DNA from: a virus
Lineage: Duplodnaviria > Caudoviricetes
Direction: 5' to 3' (one strand)
Length of the DNA stretch: 64,000 bases
IMG/VR virus record: IMGVR_UViG_3300022695_000065
Span: 5,937 to 69,936 of that record
Shown one piece after another: positions 20,134 through 29,100 of the stretch. The position numbers and the translations under genes are program-made. Position 1 is the stretch's first letter. Each line of letters begins with the position of its first letter. The notes under the pieces are model-generated. The model was not told the DNA's origin, did not search any database, and saw only the letters and a list, made by a program, of their open reading frames with translations.

Positions 20134-23100
20134 ATGGCAACATCTGTATTAAATGCTATTTTAAACACTGGTTCAGGTAGTATAGAACAAAAAAATAAAG
20201 CTATAGAACAATTAACTACTTTATCTAATTTAGCTAAAGATCCAAATATTATCGAAACTGCTAATAAAAGGCTTAATCAATTACAGCCTGATCCTAACTC
20301 TATACCATTAGGTCAAGAGTTTAATCCTGCTTTAAGTGATACAGCTATTAATAATAACACTGGATTAGGTAATAATGATCCAGCAAATATACCAACAGCT
20401 TTAACACAACAAAGTATAGATTTTAAAAAAGCTAAGCTAGATTTAAAGTTAAAAGAGAAAACTTTAAAACTACAAACTAAAGTACCTGTACAGTCTCAAG
20501 CTATTCCAGCAGTATTTAACGATGTTCAAGCAACGAAAGTACCTAATGTATCTACCAGTACCAGAGAAGATACTATCGCTGCTCTACGGTCTAGTTTGCC
20601 TCTCCCTGATCAAGGGAAACAGCCTATAGATCCAACTATATTAAAGAACATTAGGAAATCTACAGTTAAACCTCCTGTAAAATCTGATAATTCAATTCCA
20701 CCTAAATTAAATAAAGAAGATATTAAAGCTTCATTACGTCCTCCTACAATATCTAATAAAATCACTAAACCAGTAATTAATAAACCAAAAATTACTAGTC
20801 CTATAAAAGATGTTATTAAACCAATACCTTTACAAAAAGGTGAAGCTATAGATGTAAATAGTAATCAAATAGATTTAACCAGACCTGTTATACATAATAA
20901 AGATGGCTCAATATCTACTGAAAGAACTATTACTGTAGCTGGTTCAGAACTTGGATTAACTGGTGCTAACGCTACTAAAGGCGTCAACTTGCCTCAGATT
21001 TTCGATGGAAAAATGCACACTCCAAAAGAGGCTATTCAGGCTTTTAAGGATGGTAAAAATCCTGCTGTAGGCGTATTTAAAGATATACCTACTGCTGATA
21101 AAGCAGCAGTACAGAGAAGTAAGAGTATAGGTCATTTTAGAGAACTTATGGCTAAACCACCTCTTGATCTTCCTCCTGATCCTAATATTAATATAAAAGC
21201 ATTAAAAGCACGTAGTGATGCATTAGATAAAAAGTATAAAGATAAATTAGATAAACTTACTAAAGATAGTCATGAACAATTAGTTAGATTATCAAATGAG
21301 AGAGAAGTATTTAGAACTGGCGGGGAAATTACTAAAGATACATTAGCATCTATAGCTGTAGGTATAGTAGATTTAGCTGAAGTACCTATAGTAATGAGTA
21401 ATATTGTAAGTCTTGGAGCAACTTCTAATATAAGTGCAGCAATAGACCCAGGAGGTAAAACTACTTTACAAAGAACAGCTCAATTAAAAAATTATGTTCA
21501 AAGTTTAAAATCTGATGCGTTTAAAAAATTACAGCAACAGTTTAATGAGAAATCTCAAGAAATAAATATTGCTAATCAGAAAAAGTATGGCAATACTTTT
21601 ACTAAAGAAGCAGCAGATTATAGAGATGCGTTCTTTCACTATTTAAGTGATCCTACAATGACCTTTGATGCATTAGCTAGGTCATTTCCTCAAATATTTG
21701 GTTCAGGTGGTATAGGTGGCATAGCTACTAAATTTGTAGCTAAAAAAATAATTTCCAATGCTGCAATAGATGCTGGTAAATTATTAGCTAAAAGAGAAGT
21801 AGTTGGTACTGCTAAAAAACAATTTACTAAAGAAATGGCTAAACAATTTACAACAAATTTTACTGCTAGAAAACTAGCTTCTAAAGCTTCTCAAGCAGCT
21901 ATTAGAAAAGCTAATAAATATGGAGCTATAAGTTTTGTAGGAGTTACTGAAGGTGCTAGTAATGCTGTACAAGTTAAAGTACAAATACTTAATATGTCAC
22001 CAGATGAATTAAAGAAAACTTCACCTGAATATAATAAATTAATTGATAGTGGCTTAACTCATAAAGAAGCTGTTCTTAAATTAGCTAATAAAGCTGAAGC
22101 TATAACATTTGTTGTTGCAGGTGTATTAGGAGCAGTAGCTACACATATTACTGGAGCTGCTGAACTTGAAGCTAAAGTAACCCAAAAAATAACTGGAATA
22201 TTCACTAAAGACTCTATTGGTGCTAAATTAATAAATAAAAGTGCATTCTTTAAAACTATAGCTAAAGATTCTGGTAAAGAATTTATAGAAGAATCATCAC
22301 AAGGAGCTTCAGGACAATTTGCGAGTAATCTTGGACAGCAACAAGCTCTTAAAGATAATACTCAACTAAAATCTGGAATAGGTGAACAAGCAGGTGCTGG
22401 TGGGGCTATAGGATTAGCTTCTGGGGTAAATCTAGGAGTTATTGATGGTATTGGCAAAACAACTAAAGCAGCAGTTAAATTAGCTGTAGATGGTGCAATA
22501 AAAGTAACTGGAGCTAAAAATATAGCTGCTGAAGCTAAACAAGCTAAGAAAGTAAGTGATGCTGTAAAATCAGGTGATATATCTAATATAACAGATGTAA
22601 AGGCTAAAGATTACAATCCTGAAAATGCTTTTAATGCATTAGCCTTAACACCTCTTAAGGATAATGCTACTCAGCAAGATGTAGAAACATATACTACTAA
22701 CTTATTACAACATGCTGAAAATATGAAACAAGATATTGTTGATAAGTTAAAACTTACTTTAAAAGATGGCAGACCTACTAAAGCTTCTGGACCATTACTT
22801 AAAAAGTTAAAACTTGCTATAAAAGCCGTACAAACTGTTGAAGCTGTAAATATACAGAAAAATCTAACACCTGATGAATTAAATAAAGCTATTAATACTT
22901 TAGCTTCTAATAAAACTACAGATCAAAAAGATCGTGTATTTACATCTATGAATTCACAAGATAATATTTCTATAGAACAAGCTAATAAATTAATAGAAAG
23001 TAATCAATTAACTCCAGAAGATAAAAAAAGAGTAGAACGTTATATAAAAGTTAAAGAAGCTATAAATGTAGTAGAATCCAATAAAACTGAAGCTAATATT

Positions 23101-26100
23101 AATACTGTACATAATGATATTATTAACGGTAGTAATACAGATAGAGGATTTAAAAGAGGATTAAAAGAATATAGGTCTATTATTGGTATAGCTGTAAATG
23201 GTTCAAATATAGAATTAGCTAAAACTTATTTAAATAATTTTAAAAAATTTGTAATTAATCATAATAATAAAAATGAATTAATACAAACTGCATTAGAAGC
23301 TTATAAAAATAATGATATTCCAGCATTACAAAAAGTCCAAAATAAGTTAAAAACTGATTTTGGTTTAGTATTTAATACTGACAAGTTAGCAAATATTAAT
23401 AGATTTAAAAAACTTGCTAAAACAGTTTCATTAGAAACTAATTTATTAAATCTTAGTTTAGCAGAATCTACTAGTTTAGTTAATGATGCTACACAATCTA
23501 AACCTGATGCGGGAGCAGTTTCTCCTCGGAGAAGCGCGACTAAGCCAGGTGACACTACTAACCCTATCTCTACCTCTACACCGTTAAATACCACAGAAGT
23601 ATCACCTGCTGTTGCGGGCGCAGCCAATACAGTAGGTGATACGAATGTGGTTAGTAATAGTAATAGTAATAGTAATAGTAATACAAATAAAAGCTCTGAT
23701 GCTACGCAATTGAATTCCAGTAGGAATTTTTCTGAGAATAAGCCTGTATCTTTACAGGCTAATACGAAGAAAATTACGAATGGAGTTTCAACTGCGTCAA
23801 GCCAGAGCGTAGATAATACTGATAACGCCAATACTATTAAAAATAAAATAGAATTAAAACAAAATCAAAATAAAATTCAAACTAAAATATCTGAATTAGA
23901 TACACAAATAAAAGATACACCTGTATCTGATACTATTACTATTGAAGATTTAAATAATCAAATAACTAATTTAGATAAAGAATATAACGATATTCAAGAT
24001 AAAATAAATATTATTAATAAAAATATTAATAATAATAAAAAAGTTAATATTAGCGATAAACTATTAAATACTGAAGAAATAACAAGTTTAAAAGAATCTA
24101 TTAAAAAAATTAATAAAGAAATAGATAATTTAGAAGAAGATAAAAAACACACTACAGATACTTTTGAATTACGATCTTTAGATGAACAAATAAATAAACT
24201 AGATGATGAAATTGTAAGTATAGATAATATAATTGATGGTACTGATACTTATAATTTAAATAACAGTATTTTAGGTAATACTATTATTGCGCCTGATCCA
24301 ATTAATAATACAATTTTAGATATTAATAATCTATTACAAACTACTAATAAAAATATTGATAGTTTATTACATAAAATACCTAATTTATTTGAAAATTATA
24401 GAAATAAAGATGAACAAACTTTAAATTTAATAAATGAATTATTAGATACACAAGAACTTAAAGTTTTAAAAAAATTATCTGATTTTGAATTAGAATTTAA
24501 AAAAGCTTTATTAGTAGGTAATAATAAAAATCCTGTATTAGGGTTAAGAAAAGCAAATAAATTTGTACATGAAGATTTAATACATCTTTTCTTTAAAGAA
24601 AATACTAAAGATTCAAATAAATTACTTGATCCTAATATGGTTAGTCAAATGGCTATAAATAGTCTTTTATGGTTAGGAACCAGAGGATTAAATACTATAA
24701 ATATGCCTGATAATGTAATTAACACTTTTCTTGGTATGGATACTAATGCTACTGTGAGTAATGAAGCTAAAGCTTTACTAGGTAATGCAGGATTGCATAG
24801 AGCAGTATTTGTTGAAAGTCTTGGTAGAGATATACTTAAAGAACTTGGTTTAAAAGCTATAAAAGATATTAAAGATGGAGCTTTTCAAGCTAAGTTAGAG
24901 ATAACTCTAGGACAAGTTTCTTTAGCTACATTAATACAATTAGATTTAGTTGAATTTAAAGTACTTGATGCTAAAGAAATACTTAATGTAACTCCAGTAG
25001 AATCTAAATTTTTTGATAGAAATTCAAAAATTGTATTTACAGCAGAATCAAAAACAAAAACTAAACGAGGAGATACTATTTATCCTTCCAGTTATTTTGT
25101 AAGAATTAAAACTACTGAAGTAACAGATACTATTGGTAAAGATAAAATAACACATGAAGAACCTATATCCAGCATAGCTGAAATAGTTAATGATATTAAT
25201 TTAATAGACACAGTTTCTAATAAAATATCAGGAACAGATAAAGCGTATAAAGGGGCTACATTTACTGAACCATTAAAAAATACTAATAAAATTAAAGGAT
25301 CTACTACAGAAATAACTAATGCTTATAAGCTTAATGTAGATAAATATCAAAATACTCCCCTTACTTTAAATAATGATAATATCTCTATATTAGAAAAATT
25401 ATCTTCAGGTGCCAGAATGTTAATTTTTGGGAGTAAACAAAATATAAAAGAAATTACAAATGTTAATACAAGAGAAGGCCACAAAGCTAGAAATAATAAT
25501 ATTAATAAAAATATTACTGAAACACTTAGTTTAGTAAATCAAATAGATAATAAAGATGATGGTTTAGGTAGAAATACGCCATTTTACGTAGGATCATCCA
25601 TAATAAATAATTTACGTGCTAACATGAATTCTAGTGGCACTAGTATTCAAGGTAATACAGTAGCTAGATTTTTATTAAGCCCAGAAAAATTTAAAATAAA
25701 AATAGATCTTAATAATAAAGATCATAAATTACATATGTTTTATTTTAAATTAGCTGTAGCTGAAGGTATGGGTATTGATACTAAAGATCAAATAAATTTC
25801 GTACATGCATTAGATGAACTTATGAATAGCGAACTAATGCAAAATGCTATTAAAGAAATTAATAAAGCTAAAAAAAGAGCTGTATTTAATGAAGCTATTA
25901 TAGTTGAAGCTATAAATAAAGCTGGTGGAAATGGGCATAGTTTCGCATCACTAATAGCATGGTCAAATTATCAAGAAGCTAAAAATAGTTTCTCTAATAG
26001 AACATTCAATACTGATATATTTACAGAAATTGATGGAATAAGTAATGGTACTATGATTGGACTTATTCAATTAATGGGAAATTCTAATCAACAAGAATTA

Positions 26101-29100
26101 TTAAAAAAATTAGCAAGAGTAGGAATATATATAAATCAACCATATAATAATGTAGGTGATTATTTAAGTAATGGCAATTTAGATACATATCAAAACATAG
26201 CTAATAATGTTGTTAATCATCTCACTGATTTTAAAAATCATATTGATGGTTTTAATAAAAATTTACCTACTATTACAAAAATAAAAAATTTAAATAATAA
26301 AAAAGATAAATTAATAAATAAAATTAGCAATAATGAAATTAATCCTAAAACAAATAAACCATATAAGTCAGGTAAGAAATTTAATGTTGTTAAACAATTA
26401 AAAATTTCTTTAGGAGAACTGGAAACTCAGTTAGCTTCCTTAGAAGGTATTTTATTAGCTAATGATTTTAACATTAATATTGATCCTGTAGTAGAAAATA
26501 ATGCTAATAGTTTTGTTAATGGTTTTAATAATATATCCAAAAATAATAAATACAATTCTACACAATTAGCTAATATAGTATTATCTGGTTTGAAAGGTAT
26601 AGTAGGACAATTATCTGAAAAAGATGCTGTATTAAATACTATTATTACAAAGCTTGGCAGAGATTTTAGTAAACCTGCTGTAATTAAAGGTAACTTTTTA
26701 GCTTCAGATACAACCATAATTGATGCTTTTGTAAGAGATCAGATAAAAGATATATATGAAAAATTATCTAAATTTATAGAAGCTGATGATATGTCTTCTA
26801 TAACTAAATTAGTTAATAATATTAATAAAGTTATTAATCCTGCTAATTTTGAAAAAGATAATGTTAGTATAAAAAATATACCTGAAGCTAAAAACTTTAA
26901 ATTTTCTGAACCTAACTTAAATAGTTTAAAAAAACATTTAAAAAATACTTATGGAGCTGCTTTATCTAAAGCATTAGCTGATGAGTTCAAATATCTTCAA
27001 TCTACTAAAGAATTATTATCAAGTAATATTAAAGTAGCTGGGGATATGTTTACTGTTATATTTAATAGAAAAATTAAAGAAGCTATTAAAGAAAAAGGTT
27101 CTGAATTAAATCAAATAGAATTTGATAAATTAGTAAAATCTTTAGATAAATTATTTCCATCATATCAAACTCTATTAACTAAAAAAGGTAATAGAACTGG
27201 CATTAGTGCTGTTGGTTTAACTTCTGAAAGACAAACTAATAATCCTAATTATGTAGCTTCTACCAGTGTAGCCCCTACAGGTAAATTTTTAAGAGGTACT
27301 TCTGGTAAAGGTCAAGGACTTGCACGTAAAGGATTAAATAAATTTAAAGATTATGCTTCTAAATTTATATTTAAAGATAAATCCCTTGCTGCCTTAGTTG
27401 CAGGTACTATTAGTATAGATGCTGCTATAATGTCTAAAGCTCTTGGTTCAGATATAGATATAATAAGTTTTTTTGATGGTGCTGGAGTTAGTGTAACTGA
27501 TGCAGCCCAATTAAAAGAACTACTTAATAAAGCTGCTATAGATGTTCTTATGAAAGATAATTTATCTGGAAATATAGCAGATATGGCTAAAAGAGTATTT
27601 GATGAATTCAATAAAATAGCTACTGAAGAAGATAAACATAATTTTATAACAAAAACTATAACTGAAGCAAATCCAGATGGACTTAAATTTTATGAAATAA
27701 ATAATAATATATCTGAATTAACAACTACAGCTAAAGATATATTTGAGAGAAAAAATGAATTACTTAAAGAGCATATGCAAGTAATTCATTATAATGATAA
27801 TACTTCCCCTATTGAAATTAATAAACCAAATAATGATACTAATAATATTATAGCTGAAGAAGATATTAATAAATATAATACTGTTAAAGAAAAATTATCT
27901 GAATTACCTAATAATGAAGATTTAAATAATCCTGATTCTGAACAATCTCAAAATGCTCAGCTTGTATTTAACTTTATGGAAGAAAATAAAGTTAAAGCAG
28001 AGATTGCTGCTAAAATAGATAAAGCAGCTTCTAATAATAGTAATACTAATAATAACAATACAAAACAGTCTTCACCTTTAAATATTGATGTTAATAATTT
28101 CAATGCAGATCAAACTATAGATATATCTAATAAATTAAGTGATATGTCTCCAACTGGTTTATTTGACTTATTAGATAATATTGGTTCTATACAAGAGAAC
28201 ACTATTCATAAGACACGGTTGAAGGCCTTTTTAAAAGTCCTTACAGACGAGGTAGTGGAACCCTTTAGGGTTAGACTTAAAAATGAAGAAACAGCAACTA
28301 GAGGAGCTGTAAAGGCCAGAGAGGTTTTTATTATAGCAAATGATGTTGCTGCTCTTAATGGTATAGAAATGTCACCACAAGAAGTGTACGTACATGAAAT
28401 TGTACATATGCTCACTGCATATGCTTTAGATAATAATACTTTTCTTAAAAATGAATTAAGAAAAATATTTAGAATAGTTAAAAATGATTCTAGAACTACA
28501 TGGAAATTATTCTTAGGTAAAAACGGTGATATAAATAATAAAAATGATGTAAAAGCTGCTAAAGCTAGATTTGATTATATATTCAATAATGATACAGGTA
28601 TAGATAAACCATCTGTTTATACAGATACTTTTACTAATACTAAATTTAGAGTTAATCCTAATAATTTTTTACATGAATTCTTAGCTCATGCTACTACTAA
28701 TGAAGCATTTATGGATCATATATCTTCATTAGGTATTGGTATTAATAATACTGAAACAAAAAATAATTCTAATAAATCTTTGCTTGAAAAAATATTCACT
28801 ATTTTTAATAGGGTACTTCAAACAATTACTCATATATTAGGTAAAACTAAAAAACTTAGATTAGATGATCGTATTATGCATTTAGCTGAACAATTAGCTA
28901 ATAATGATCATGAAACCAAGAATATTATTACTCAAAAGTTTGATTTTATTGATAAATTAGAAAATAAAGCTGGTAAGGCTATACAAGCTTTTATTAAAAA
29001 ACCTATTAAAGCTGCCGCTAAATCTAAATTTGTAAAGAATAGTAGAAGTAAAGCTTTACAAAATTTAGGTAAATTAGTTGAAGTATTACCTACAGATAAA

